NCBI GenBank assembly: GCA_047611905.1
Contig: JBLFWZ010000001.1
Coordinates: 15,455-79,454 of the forward strand
Length of the DNA: 64,000 nt
Source of the DNA: Gammaproteobacteria bacterium
GTDB taxonomy: Bacteria; Pseudomonadota; Gammaproteobacteria; Ga0077536
Reading direction: 5' to 3'
Part shown: positions 31,408 through 41,578 of the stretch, in pieces
Position numbering within the stretch: the first letter of the stretch is position 1
How the letters are laid out: each line of letters opens with the position of its first letter
The notes under the pieces: model-generated
Seen by the model: the letters and a program-made list of their open reading frames with translations, nothing else
What the model was told of the DNA's origin: nothing
Database searches by the model: none
Translations under genes and position numbers: made by a program

Positions 31408-32190
31408 TTAGGCTGGGACTAGAGCGAGTGCGCGACACGGACTCCCTGAACCATTCTCGATTTTTAGCGGTGCCGCGATCACTACCGCGCCGGTCGCCGG
31501 CAGCTGGTCCAAATTACATAACGCGGCGAGACCATATTTGTTCGCGCCATGCATTAAGTTGTGACACGGGAACTGCGGGTCTTGGCCGAAACTTTGCCCG
31601 GCGTCCGTGCCGACGGTCTCGACGCCTGCGCCTTTCACGTTGCGTTCTTCGGCCAGAAATCGAATCGCGTCCGGTTGCCAACCGGGTGTGTGACTACCAT
31701 CTTCTCGCACATTCAAAAAATCATCAGAATCAAATTTCTTTGACCAATCGGTACGGAAAAGCACCCATGCGTCCGCAGGAATTGTACCGTTCACCGCTTC
31801 CCAGTTCTTTAAGTAATCCACGCTCACCAGGAAATCTGGATTTGCTTGGCAGTCGGCTGCGGCGTCAATAACGCAGGCGGCGCCGATAAATGCTTCATTA
31901 GGCACCGTATCCGTCGCGTTCTGTTTGTGATCTTTGCCCGTTACCCAATGGATAGGGACATCGAAATGAGTGCCCGTGTGCTCGCCGCAAGAGAAATTAT
32001 TCCAATACCATCCTGGCCCGCGATCGTCGTATTTTGAGATCTCCTCCATCTTGAACGGCCAGGACTGTCCAAATTCAGGCGGAATGGATAATAAAGGCGT
32101 GCGCGCATGTAAAGGCTGCGTGAGATCGACGATTCGAATGGAACCAGCGCTTATGCCGGTAATGAGATCCAGTAGGGTATTGGCGGCCAT
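31408..32190 (-). CDS. cyclase family protein (kynurenine formamidase/arylformamidase-like)
   Basis: 260 aa; HxGTHxDxPxH motif present as EHTGTHFDVPIHW; GACGAGGAA RBS. Confidence 0.8.
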   Translation of the reverse strand: MAANTLLDLITGISAGSIRIVDLTQPLHARTPLLSIPPEFGQSWPFKMEEISKYDDRGPGWYWNNFSCGEHTGTHFDVPIHWVTGKDHKQNATDTVPNEAFIGAACVIDAAADCQANPDFLVSVDYLKNWEAVNGTIPADAWVLFRTDWSKKFDSDDFLNVREDGSHTPGWQPDAIRFLAEERNVKGAGVETVGTDAGQSFGQDPQFPCHNLMHGANKYGLAALCNLDQLPATGAVVIAAPLKIENGSGSPCRALALVPA

Positions 32191-32263
32191 CGGATTCCTC
32201 GTCTGTTAGTAATTAATCAACAGTATAAGGTCTTGGTTCGAGCGGTACACCTGGCTCGACCGA

Positions 32264-34585
32264 CTACTCGTGATCTTTTATTTGGTGGCTCGGCGGCTTC
32301 AAGGCAATCTGAATGTCGCGTTGCTCCTCAGCCTCGCGCTCGCCAATTAAATACGCTTGCGCTTGGCCGGACAAATACGGCTTCGGCCAGAATTGACCTC
32401 GATATCCGTAGCGCGCAGCCGCTTCTAGTACAAAGTACGGGTTGCTTAAGTGGGGACGTGCGAGCGCCACAAGATCGGCCCTTCCCGACAGCAATATCGT
32501 GTTTACTTGATCGGCGGTCGTGATGTTGCCAGCGACGATAACTGGTATCTTAACTCGATGCTTAACTTTGTCGGCGAACGACACTTGGAACATACGCCCG
32601 TACACCGGTTTGTCATCGCTAACCGTCTGCCCGGTCGACACGTTAATCGCGTCCACTCCAGCTTCTTTTAGAAGTTCGCAAGCGCGCACCAATTCGTCCT
32701 CGGTGATCCCGCCCGGCGACCAATCTGCCGCAGAGAGCCGCACCGACATGGGTTTGGCCGCAGGAAACACCGCACGCATCGCGCGGAATACTTCAAGGGG
32801 GAAGCGCATCCGGGCATCGATGTCACCACCGAAGCGGTCGCTGCGCCGATTCGTCAACGGCGAGATGAAACTCGCCAACAAATAACCGTGGGCAGCGTGC
32901 AGTTCCACCATATCGAAGTTTGCCTGTTCGGCAAATTTCGTTGTTTGTACGAATTGCTCGACGATGATTGCCATTTGGTCCTGCGTGAGTTCGGCAGGCA
33001 GCGCACTTTGCGGCCTATAGCGCAGGGCCGATGCCGACACCAACGGCCAATTGTCCCCCTTGAGCGGGAGATCCATTCCGTCCCAGCCGAGGCCCGTCGA
33101 TCCTTTACGTCCGGCGTGGCCAATTTGCATGCACACTTTCGCCGGTGATTGCTCATGAACAAAGTTGGTTATCTCGCGCCAGGCATCTTTTTGTTGAACG
33201 TTCCACATGCCGGTACATCCCGGCGTGATGCGGGCGTCGGCTGATGGGCAGGTCATCTCCGTGTAAATTAAACCGGCTCCACCGATTGCGCGACTGCCGT
33301 AATGGACTAAATGCCATCTGTCTGGCAATCCATCACTCGCCGAGTACTGCGCCATGGGTGACAACACGACTCTATTGACCAGTTGCATATCGCGCAGTCG
33401 ATAGGGCGCGAACATGGGCGGCGTGCCAGGCTCAAGTGCGTAGCCCTCTAAGTTTTGCGCGCGGGTAAACCCGGCCTCAACTTTTGCGACAAAATCTCGA
33501 TCGCGCAGGCGGAGGTTTTCGGAGGTAATCTGTTTCGATCGAGACATCACTTGGAATGCGAATTTCTCGGGTTCGACGTTCCAGTGTTCATCCATGGTTT
33601 CAAACCACGCGAGCGACACGTCGGCTGCGTGCTGAGTAATTTCGACGTCCGCTCGACGCTCAGTGTCAAAGGTGGCCAGTGCCGCGCTGATGTCGTCTTG
33701 CTGCTTGAGTGACTCGAACAGTGCGATTGCGCTTTCCATCGCGAGTTTCGTGCCAGATCCAATAGAAAAATGCGCAGTATGTTGGGCATCACCGAGTAGT
33801 ACTAAATTGTTCCGCACCCAAGTTTTGTTTTTAACTTCCGGAAATTGTCGCCACAAAGATCGGTTGACGACAAATCCATGGCCATCGAGTTCTTCAGCGA
33901 ATATTGTTTCTAGATCGCGCGCATACTCATGCTCCTGCATGTCCCCAAATCCAAACCCTTCCCACGTACTGGGCTGCATTTCGCAAACCCAAGTACTCTT
34001 TGCGGGTTCGTACTGGTAGGCGTGCATGACAATGATGCCGTGCGCAGTTTCGCGAAAAAAATACTTGAATGCATCTAAGGGTCGAGTCGATCCCAGCCAA
34101 CAAAAATAATTTCTTCGAGTGACGATTTCTGTACCAAAGCTATCTGCGTATTTCGAACGGATAACACTAGCCAAACCATCGGCCGCTACGACGAGATCGC
34201 TCTCGGCGAATTCACTCTCGTCGGTTACCTCGTGGTCGAAATGTAGATTAACCCCGAGAGATGCGGCGCGAGCATGCAAAATCTGTAATAGCGTGAGACG
34301 CGAACAACCGCAAAACCCATTGCCAGCGCAGCGCAGGACGGTACCGTGATAGTGGACGTCGACATCGTCCCAGTACGCGAAAGACCGACGAATCGATTCG
34401 TAAGACGGATTGTCGTATTCGTCGAGAAAACCCAAAGTTTGATCCGAGAACACCACACCAAAGCCGAACGTATCGTCAGCGCGATTGCGTTCGAACACAT
34501 CGATTGTCCAGTCGGGCCAGGCCTTTTTTACAAGGATTGCGAAATATAATCCGCCGGGGCCGCCGCCAATTACAGAAATTTTCAT
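32264..34585 (-). CDS. bifunctional FAD-dependent aromatic hydroxylase / old-yellow-enzyme oxidoreductase (salicylyl-CoA 5-hydroxylase-like)
   Basis: About 770 aa; N-terminal GxGxxG (MKISVIGGGPGG) FAD monooxygenase fused to C-terminal OYE/NADH:flavin oxidoreductase TIM barrel (VLSPMAQYSA..., HAAHGYLL). Confidence 0.75.
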   Translation of the reverse strand: MKISVIGGGPGGLYFAILVKKAWPDWTIDVFERNRADDTFGFGVVFSDQTLGFLDEYDNPSYESIRRSFAYWDDVDVHYHGTVLRCAGNGFCGCSRLTLLQILHARAASLGVNLHFDHEVTDESEFAESDLVVAADGLASVIRSKYADSFGTEIVTRRNYFCWLGSTRPLDAFKYFFRETAHGIIVMHAYQYEPAKSTWVCEMQPSTWEGFGFGDMQEHEYARDLETIFAEELDGHGFVVNRSLWRQFPEVKNKTWVRNNLVLLGDAQHTAHFSIGSGTKLAMESAIALFESLKQQDDISAALATFDTERRADVEITQHAADVSLAWFETMDEHWNVEPEKFAFQVMSRSKQITSENLRLRDRDFVAKVEAGFTRAQNLEGYALEPGTPPMFAPYRLRDMQLVNRVVLSPMAQYSASDGLPDRWHLVHYGSRAIGGAGLIYTEMTCPSADARITPGCTGMWNVQQKDAWREITNFVHEQSPAKVCMQIGHAGRKGSTGLGWDGMDLPLKGDNWPLVSASALRYRPQSALPAELTQDQMAIIVEQFVQTTKFAEQANFDMVELHAAHGYLLASFISPLTNRRSDRFGGDIDARMRFPLEVFRAMRAVFPAAKPMSVRLSAADWSPGGITEDELVRACELLKEAGVDAINVSTGQTVSDDKPVYGRMFQVSFADKVKHRVKIPVIVAGNITTADQVNTILLSGRADLVALARPHLSNPYFVLEAAARYGYRGQFWPKPYLSGQAQAYLIGEREAEEQRDIQIALKPPSHQIKDHE

Positions 34586-34752
34586 TGATGTCTTTTTAAG
34601 CCTGTTCGTGACCCAACGCTCGGTTGTGATCACCCGCTTGAAAAGTATTTTAAGTTGAAAATATTCTAGCTTGAAATGAATATTTTGTCATGCGGCGAAC
34701 AGGGTGATGCGTCTGCGGGCCGGATGTCGAGACGGGTCCAACATGCGGGCGC

Positions 34753-35205
34753 TTATGGCGTGGCTGAGAATGCTTGTTTAAAACAGCGCAACGTTAAACT
34801 TGAGCGAGTGTTCTTGATACCGCGCAATTTGTAGAGTTTGTTAAGTAGAAAGTCCTCGTAACCCTTAGTTCCGGCGACCGCTACTTTCATAAAACAGTCG
34901 TACTCACCGGTTAGGAGATACGCTTCTATCACTTCGGGCATGCCTGCAACGGAGTTCTCGAATTCGGTAAAAATTGCCGCATCGTGACGTTCGAACATAA
35001 TTTCAATTATTGCAGTGTCAGGCAGGCCAATTTTCTCTTGATTGATCACCGTCACGTATCGTTGGATGACGCCGTCCTTTTCCATGCGCCGAACTCGCGA
35101 CCAGCACGGGCTAGTCGACAAGCCTACTTTTTCCGCCAACAAAGGGTTTGTGATGCGAGCATTGCTATGCAAAGTCTGCAAGATCTTTCGATCTACCTTA
35201 TCCAT
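34753..35205 (-). CDS. Lrp/AsnC family transcriptional regulator
   Basis: 150 aa; HTH_AsnC (DRKILQTLHSNARITNPLLAEKVGLSTSPCWSRVRRMEKDGVI) plus RAM domain; GGAGAG RBS. Confidence 0.85.
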   Translation of the reverse strand: MDKVDRKILQTLHSNARITNPLLAEKVGLSTSPCWSRVRRMEKDGVIQRYVTVINQEKIGLPDTAIIEIMFERHDAAIFTEFENSVAGMPEVIEAYLLTGEYDCFMKVAVAGTKGYEDFLLNKLYKLRGIKNTRSSLTLRCFKQAFSATP

Positions 35206-35381
35206 ACCGAGCTCTCCGCTACTGATATTAAATCAAGAATAGAATTATATTTTGAATATATAGAAAATAACGGAAATATATCCTTAAAATACATTCTATT
35301 GACGTATATAGAGAATAATAATCCTTAATTACTAGTTTATTATGCTTGCAGCGATTCTGCGGTGTGAACGAGGCAAGACAA

Positions 35382-37055
35382 ATGACCGATTCTGCACAAC
35401 GAAGCGGCGCCAATATTTTGCTCGAAGTACTCGAAACAGAGGGCGTTGAGTACATTTTTGGTAATCCGGGCACGACCGAGTTGCCGTTGATGGACGCGCT
35501 TATCGACAGACCTGGCATTCACTACGTGCTTGGACTCCAAGAAGCCACCGTCGTCGCAATGGCGGATGGTTACGCCCAAGCTTCGGGCAAACCAGGCTTC
35601 ATTAATTTACATACCGCGGGAGGCTTGGGGCACGGTATGGGCAATTTGCTGAACGCCTATACGTCCGGTACGCCGCTTGTGGTGACCGCCGGTCAACAAG
35701 ATTCTCGCCATTCAATTACTGATCCTTTACTGCAAGGCGACTTGGTCTCAATCGCGAAACCAAGCTGTAAGTGGGCCGCCGAAATTACCTCGCCCGAGCA
35801 AATACCAATCTTGACCCATCGTGCGTTTCAAGACAGCCAGGCGACACCGTCAGGCCCGGTATTTCTCTCGTTACCCATGAATGTCATGGAAGAGTCGAGC
35901 GCCATTCAGATGTCTGAGGTGTCACACGTAGACCGGCGTCCCGTCGCTCATTCGCTACCCGAACTTGCCCAAGAATTGGTGGCAGTGATGCCAGGTAAGT
36001 TAGCGATCATTGCAGGTGACGAGATCTCAGCGAATGACGCTTACAAAGAAGTCGTCGAACTTGCCGAAATTTTAGCGGCTCCGGTATTTGGATCTTCTTG
36101 GCCCGCACATATTCCTTACCCGACCAGCCACTACTTGTGGCAAGGAAATTTGCCGACAAAAGCCGCCGACATCGCGATCGCCATGGAGGGTTTCGATTGC
36201 GTGTTCGCGCTCGGAGGAAAATCGTTTATCACGATCCTCTATTCCGAAGAGTCTGCCTTACCTGAGGGTTGCGATTTATTTCAACTTTCGGTGGATGGCC
36301 GCGATCTGGGTAGAACCTATCCGTCGAAACTTTCCGTGGTCGGAGATATCGAGTATTCGCTGAACGAACTGAACGCCCATCTCAAAGAAAAGATCGGTGC
36401 AAGGGACGAAGCATACGCGGTGGAACGGCTGCGCAATGAAAGGGTATTCGAAGACCGTAAAAAAGCCCTGCACGATCAAGCCGAAGGGCTGGAAGACAGG
36501 CTCGTTATTCACCCCCTTGTTGCGGCTCGAGAATTAGTCGCCGCGATCGGGCAAACTCCAATCGTGGACGAAGCGATCGCCACAGCCGCCCACGTACGCA
36601 AATTTCTACATAACAATTACACGCGGCAATATTCGTTCTTGCGCGGCGGCGCCTTGGGATGGGGCATGCCTGCTGCAGTCGGCTTTTCGTTAGGGATCGG
36701 ACGCAAACCGGTTGTTGCGTTAGTTGGCGATGGTGCGGCGATGTATTCTCCGCAGGCATTGTGGACGGCGGCGAACGAAAAGCTGCCTGTTACTTTTATC
36801 GTCATCAACAATCTCGAATACAATGTGCTGAAGAATTTTATGCGCTCGCAGCCGCACTACAATTCGACTCGCACGGGAAAATTTATCGCGATGGATATTA
36901 TTGATCCCATGATTGATTTTCAGGCATTGGCGAAATCAATGGGTGTCGTGGCACAACGAGTCATCGACGCGCAGGAGATTCAATCGACGGTTGCGAGTGC
37001 CATCGGTTCAGGCAAACCGAATTTGATTGAAATCGTGGTTAGCGCAGAGCAGTAA
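35382..37055 (+). CDS. thiamine-pyrophosphate-dependent enzyme (benzoylformate decarboxylase/acetolactate synthase-like)
   Basis: About 557 aa; TPP N-terminal pyrimidine-binding domain (IFGNPGTTELPLMDAL), central domain, C-terminal GDG...NN TPP/Mg motif (VGDGAAMYSPQALWTAANEKLPVTFIVINN). Confidence 0.8.
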   Translation: MTDSAQRSGANILLEVLETEGVEYIFGNPGTTELPLMDALIDRPGIHYVLGLQEATVVAMADGYAQASGKPGFINLHTAGGLGHGMGNLLNAYTSGTPLVVTAGQQDSRHSITDPLLQGDLVSIAKPSCKWAAEITSPEQIPILTHRAFQDSQATPSGPVFLSLPMNVMEESSAIQMSEVSHVDRRPVAHSLPELAQELVAVMPGKLAIIAGDEISANDAYKEVVELAEILAAPVFGSSWPAHIPYPTSHYLWQGNLPTKAADIAIAMEGFDCVFALGGKSFITILYSEESALPEGCDLFQLSVDGRDLGRTYPSKLSVVGDIEYSLNELNAHLKEKIGARDEAYAVERLRNERVFEDRKKALHDQAEGLEDRLVIHPLVAARELVAAIGQTPIVDEAIATAAHVRKFLHNNYTRQYSFLRGGALGWGMPAAVGFSLGIGRKPVVALVGDGAAMYSPQALWTAANEKLPVTFIVINNLEYNVLKNFMRSQPHYNSTRTGKFIAMDIIDPMIDFQALAKSMGVVAQRVIDAQEIQSTVASAIGSGKPNLIEIVVSAEQ

Positions 37056-37213
37056 TGCTCGTCGATACCACGACTAGGTTGACCGCGAAATTCGATATCG
37101 CTATAACGCTAAATCGACGTTAGTTCGAGACCGATTCGTGCCCACTTTGTCGGCCATGTCGGATTCCACGATTTCAGTTAAACAATAGCCGGGTGCGGTT
37201 CAATAGCGCTTAG

Positions 37214-38101
37214 TTATTTGTTGTGCGCGACGCTTTCGGCCAGTGCAATCAATTCTTTTGCCGTCGTGACCATCGCGTAATCAACCATGTCACCGTCGTA
37301 GATAACTGCCGCGTTGCCTTCAGCTTCGGCAGCTACCATCGCAGCGAGTAGGCCCCGTGCGTGTTCTATTTCTTCTTCGCGAGGGCTGAAGATTTCGTTC
37401 ACGATCGGGACGTGACTGGGATGCATGACACACATCCCGCGCATGCCTAGCCGCCGGTTACGCCCGGCATCGAGACGCAGTCCGTCGAGATCTCGGATGT
37501 CCCACCACGAGCTGGTCATCGGGTAGGGTACGCCGGCTGCGCGGGAATCAAGTACCGCTTTCGAGCGCAGATAAGCCGTTTCCTCGCCGTGTTTTGTCCA
37601 TTGATATCCGACCGCACGCGCCGCGTCGCCGCCCGGTCCGCATGCGAGCATGATCTGATGGACTCTGCGACCTGCCCTAGCGATTTCGCAAGCGTCGTGC
37701 ATCGCGGCCGCCGTCTCTAGGGCAAGCGTCGTGGCGATGGAACCGTCAGGGATACCGGCGGACCGTTCGAGGTGCGACAGCAGCGTGTCTAGCGACATAA
37801 TATCTTCGATATTTTCGATCTTCGGCAACATCACTGCACGTAGCTCAGGACAAACAATGCTCTGCAAATCGTCCAATGTGCGACCCGTCGCGTAGCCATT
37901 GACCCGTACGGAGCAGTATTGTCCGTCCTGGAAGAGTTTTTGCACGCTTTCTCGCACCAACGGCCGCGCCGCGGATTTGTGTTCTTCGGGCACAGCGTCC
38001 TCGAGATCGAGGATCAGTTCGTCCGCCCCAGAGGCTTGTGCTTTTGGTACCCAGTCGGGTTTATGTCCAGGCACGAATAAAGATGAACGCACGAGATGCA
38101 T
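37214..38101 (-). CDS. HpcH/HpaI aldolase / citrate lyase beta-like CoA-ester lyase
   Basis: 295 aa; SLFVPGHKPDW..DELILDLEDAV motif of CitE/malyl-CoA lyase family; TAGGAG RBS. Confidence 0.8.
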   Translation of the reverse strand: MHLVRSSLFVPGHKPDWVPKAQASGADELILDLEDAVPEEHKSAARPLVRESVQKLFQDGQYCSVRVNGYATGRTLDDLQSIVCPELRAVMLPKIENIEDIMSLDTLLSHLERSAGIPDGSIATTLALETAAAMHDACEIARAGRRVHQIMLACGPGGDAARAVGYQWTKHGEETAYLRSKAVLDSRAAGVPYPMTSSWWDIRDLDGLRLDAGRNRRLGMRGMCVMHPSHVPIVNEIFSPREEEIEHARGLLAAMVAAEAEGNAAVIYDGDMVDYAMVTTAKELIALAESVAHNK

Positions 38102-38298
38102 GTTGTGGTCTCCTAGTAGTCGATTTTCGGGCGCGGCGATCGCATGGCGGGGATTCTATGGTCCCGCCTAGATTAGCGCCAATTAAAAATTTCGAGCAAG
38201 GAATTGCAGCTAAGCGCTGCGGCGCGCTCTCCGAACAAACGTATAATCGGATCGTGTCGTAATTTCGATTGAAACAAGAAATTTAAGGAGAACAAGTT

Positions 38299-39465
38299 TT
38301 GGACTTTGATTATTCAGACGACCAACGTGCAATCCGTGAAGCAGTCGCTGCTGTGGTGAGTCAGTTCGATGCCGATTATTGGTTAGAACGCGATGACGAC
38401 GGTGAATTCCCGCGCGCCTTCCATAAGGAGATGGCCGCAGCCGGTTGGCTCGGCATTACCATGCCCGAAGAATATGGCGGCTCCGGACTTGGTGTCACAG
38501 AGGCCGCGATCATGATGCGCGAAGTCTGTAGTCACGGCGGCGGTTACGCGGCGGCATCAACCATCCACATCAATCTATTCGGCCCCCATCCGATCGTCGT
38601 TTTCGGCACCGACGAACAGAAAGCGCGTTGGGTACCACGTCTTGTTAGCGGCGAAGATCAATGCTGCTTCGGAGTGACCGAGCCAGACGCAGGTCTCAAT
38701 ACAACCCAAATTAAAACATTCGCGCAAAAAATCGATGGCGGATATCTCGTCAACGGACAAAAAGTGTGGACCTCGACCGCACAAGTCGCGAACAAAATAA
38801 TGCTGCTCGCACGCACAACCCGTTTTGAAGACGGCAAACGTCCAACCGACGGCATGAGTGTTTTCTACACCGACATCGATCGCGACAGAATGGAGATCAC
38901 CCGCATTCCAAAAATGGGCCGTAAGGCAGTTGACTCGAATACGGTGTTCATCGACAACTTGTTCATTCCCGATGGAGACCTAATTGGCGAAGTGGGGAAG
39001 GGGTTCTCCTACATTTTGCACAGCTTAAATCCCGAGCGGATTCTGGTTGCGTGCGAAGCCATCGGCGTTGGTCAAGATGCGCTCCGCCGCGCTGCGAAGT
39101 ATGCCGGTGAGCGAGTCGTCTTTAATCGCCCGATTGGCATGAACCAAGGCATTCAGCATCCGCTCGCCGAAAATTGGATGCATCTCGAAGCGGCCTACAC
39201 GATTGCGATGAAGGCTGCATGGCTGTACGACAATCATCGCCCTTGCGGCGCGGAAGCAAACACGGCGAAATACCTCGGCGGCAAAGCGGGATACGACGCC
39301 TGTTTGAATGCCGTGCTGACTCACGGCGGATTCGGATACGCGAAGGAATATCACGTAGAGCGTCTTCTGCGCGAAGTCACCGTGACGCGGATCGCTCCGG
39401 TATCCGAACAATTGATTAAGTGTTTTATCGCCGAGAAGGTTCTGGATTTGCCGCGTAGTTACTGA
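38299..39465 (+). CDS. acyl-CoA dehydrogenase family protein
   Basis: 388 aa; ACAD N, middle and C domains; TTG start with AAGGAG RBS. Confidence 0.8.
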   Translation: MDFDYSDDQRAIREAVAAVVSQFDADYWLERDDDGEFPRAFHKEMAAAGWLGITMPEEYGGSGLGVTEAAIMMREVCSHGGGYAAASTIHINLFGPHPIVVFGTDEQKARWVPRLVSGEDQCCFGVTEPDAGLNTTQIKTFAQKIDGGYLVNGQKVWTSTAQVANKIMLLARTTRFEDGKRPTDGMSVFYTDIDRDRMEITRIPKMGRKAVDSNTVFIDNLFIPDGDLIGEVGKGFSYILHSLNPERILVACEAIGVGQDALRRAAKYAGERVVFNRPIGMNQGIQHPLAENWMHLEAAYTIAMKAAWLYDNHRPCGAEANTAKYLGGKAGYDACLNAVLTHGGFGYAKEYHVERLLREVTVTRIAPVSEQLIKCFIAEKVLDLPRSY

Positions 39466-40220
39466 TCAATACTTTGCCTGTAGCCAGTGCCAGCTGTAGC
39501 CGGCACAACCGGCCGCGTAGGAATTTGTCCTCGCATCTTTGGAATATAACTCACGACGCAGTGGACTTAAGCGGCGGGCAACTGCCGCAGCTTCCGCGAA
39601 GAATCGGGCTGCGGGGCCGGTCTCATGGTCACCTTCGCTTCCCAAGCTATTAGTAGACCGGGGAGGTTTGAAGCTGGGGCGGGCTTTGCTCTACCCATAG
39701 GACAAATCAGCCTCACCTTAGGACGAGTTCGAGCGCGAGGAGTCATTCCGATGAGCGTATTCGATGATGATATCGAACGTATTGGTCGAGGGTGGGTCGA
39801 TATCGGGTTTTAACTTTGCGATGTTAATTTACGCGTCCGATTAATCCACCGGTTGTATCGAGGCTTGAACTGGCGCTTGATCCTTGACGGCCGGAATATA
39901 GACGTACACCGCGGCTCAAATATTAAATGCAGGTACCCTCGAAATCGGATCAATCGAACGTGCAAATCAACAGCTTCAAGTCCTGTCGCCACTCCCATCC
40001 CGCGTTTACGATCTAACCCACGTCAATTACACTGCCGGAAATAGTAGTTACCGGTGGTCCTAAGTAAGTGTTAAGCAGTCGAGGCCCGGATGGAAAAGCG
40101 GACTGTCGTTTGCATTACTCGCGACCGTCGCATAACGACCGAGGCGGTGTGAAAAGAGGATCGTCAGCGTATCGTTGATGTGAGATCATGTCGTGGTAGC
40201 AACGCACGAGAAAATAGCGG

Positions 40221-41234
40221 ATGAAACGGTTTATCGAAGGTGACCACCGAGATCAGAAAACGCTGTTACCGGATTGTCTCGAAGATTTCGTATCCGAAGA
40301 TAATCCTGTGCGGCTAGTTGATGTCTTTACCGATGGTCTGAACCTGGAGCAACTGGGTTTTGAAAGTGCGTCGCCGGCGGCAACGGGTAGACCGGGCTGT
40401 CATGCTGCCACACTGCTGAAGCTTTACGTCTATGGTTATCTCAATCGGATCCAATCAAGCAGACGCCTAGAGCGCGAAGCGCAACGTAACCTGGAGTTGA
40501 TGTGGTTGCTACGACGCTTGGCACCCGACTGAAAGAAAAACTCGTAACGGCGAAGGCGCAGGCCGAGAAGCTCCAGGACATTGGCGAGCAACTGAAAGGC
40601 ATTCCTGGTGGTCAACTATCGTTGACTGATCCGGACGCTCGCTCGATGGCAACCAGTGGGCGCGGCAGTGGTGTGGTGGGTTACAACGTTCAGATAGCAG
40701 TAGACAGTAAACATCACATGATAGTTGCCCATGAAGTCGCCAATGTGGGCCATGACCGTGCATCGCTTCATACGATGTCGGAACAGGCGCGTGACGCGAT
40801 CGGCGAACCCGGCTTAATCGCAATCGCTGATGGGGGGTTACTACAGCGGCAAAGAGATCGTCGCCGGTGACGCGGCCGGCAGTTAGACACTAACTACCGA
40901 AGACTCACACCTCCTGTAATCGATCAAAGGGACGCTTTGAGAAACAAGATTTTCGTTATCTCTCGGAAGTGGATGGATACGAATGCCCGGCGGGCGGGCG
41001 CGCGATCTATCGATATGCAAGTGAGGAGAAAGGTCAGGCCGTTCGCAGGTACTGGTCACCGGCTCTGGCTCCTGCTTCGCTCTACCTCCCCCATCCATGG
41101 GGTCGACGCACTTTCCGACTAAGACGCTACCGAAGGTCAGTACTGAGATGAGTTTGCATGTCTTGACGTATAACTTGAAACGTACGATGAAGATCTTCGG
41201 AATTGGAACCCTGATAGGGGTGGTCGGGGCTTGA
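40221..41234 (+). mobile_element. degraded IS1182-family insertion sequence (transposase pseudogene)
   Basis: N-terminal MKRFIEGDHRDQKTLLPD...YLNRIQSSRRLEREAQRNLELMWLL, frameshifted middle (DPDARSMATSGRGSGVVGYNVQIAVD), out-of-frame CPAGGRAIYRYASEEKG piece and C-terminal EMSLHVLTYNLKRTMKIFGIGT tail; about 1 kb, i.e. internally deleted relative to a typical IS of this family. Confidence 0.7.
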
Positions 41235-41578
41235 GTCCCGATCTATTTTCTGGTTGGCGACGTTGTATTAGCGAAATATTACTCGCTAAGATATTTGCGC
41301 GAAGTTACGATCGTCTGCGACGGGACCAAATCTCTCTTTTCACACAGCCTCGACCCGTAACGGACCGTCGCATACCGACAAAGTTATCTTGCCGCAAACT
41401 CTAAAGCCGTGTCCCAGGACAGCGACAAAAGAGCCTGTTAGGATGAGCTGCAAGATGATTTCGCAAGGGTGCGAACATGTTGCCAGTCGCCTATTGGCAG
41501 GGAAGCCAGTGCCGGTGTTGCTGCGTCGCACTATGTCTTGAGTACGTAACCCACCTTACGAGTGAGTCACTGAGTAAA

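Noticed and set aside
39466-40220. Possible tRNA or tmRNA in the noncoding gap before the IS remnant, a typical integration hotspot
   Set aside because: No canonical T-arm (GTTCGAATC-type) with acceptor stem or CCA-adjacent structure could be found by eye. GTTCGAG occurs but without pairing flanks. Only GC-rich hairpins are present.
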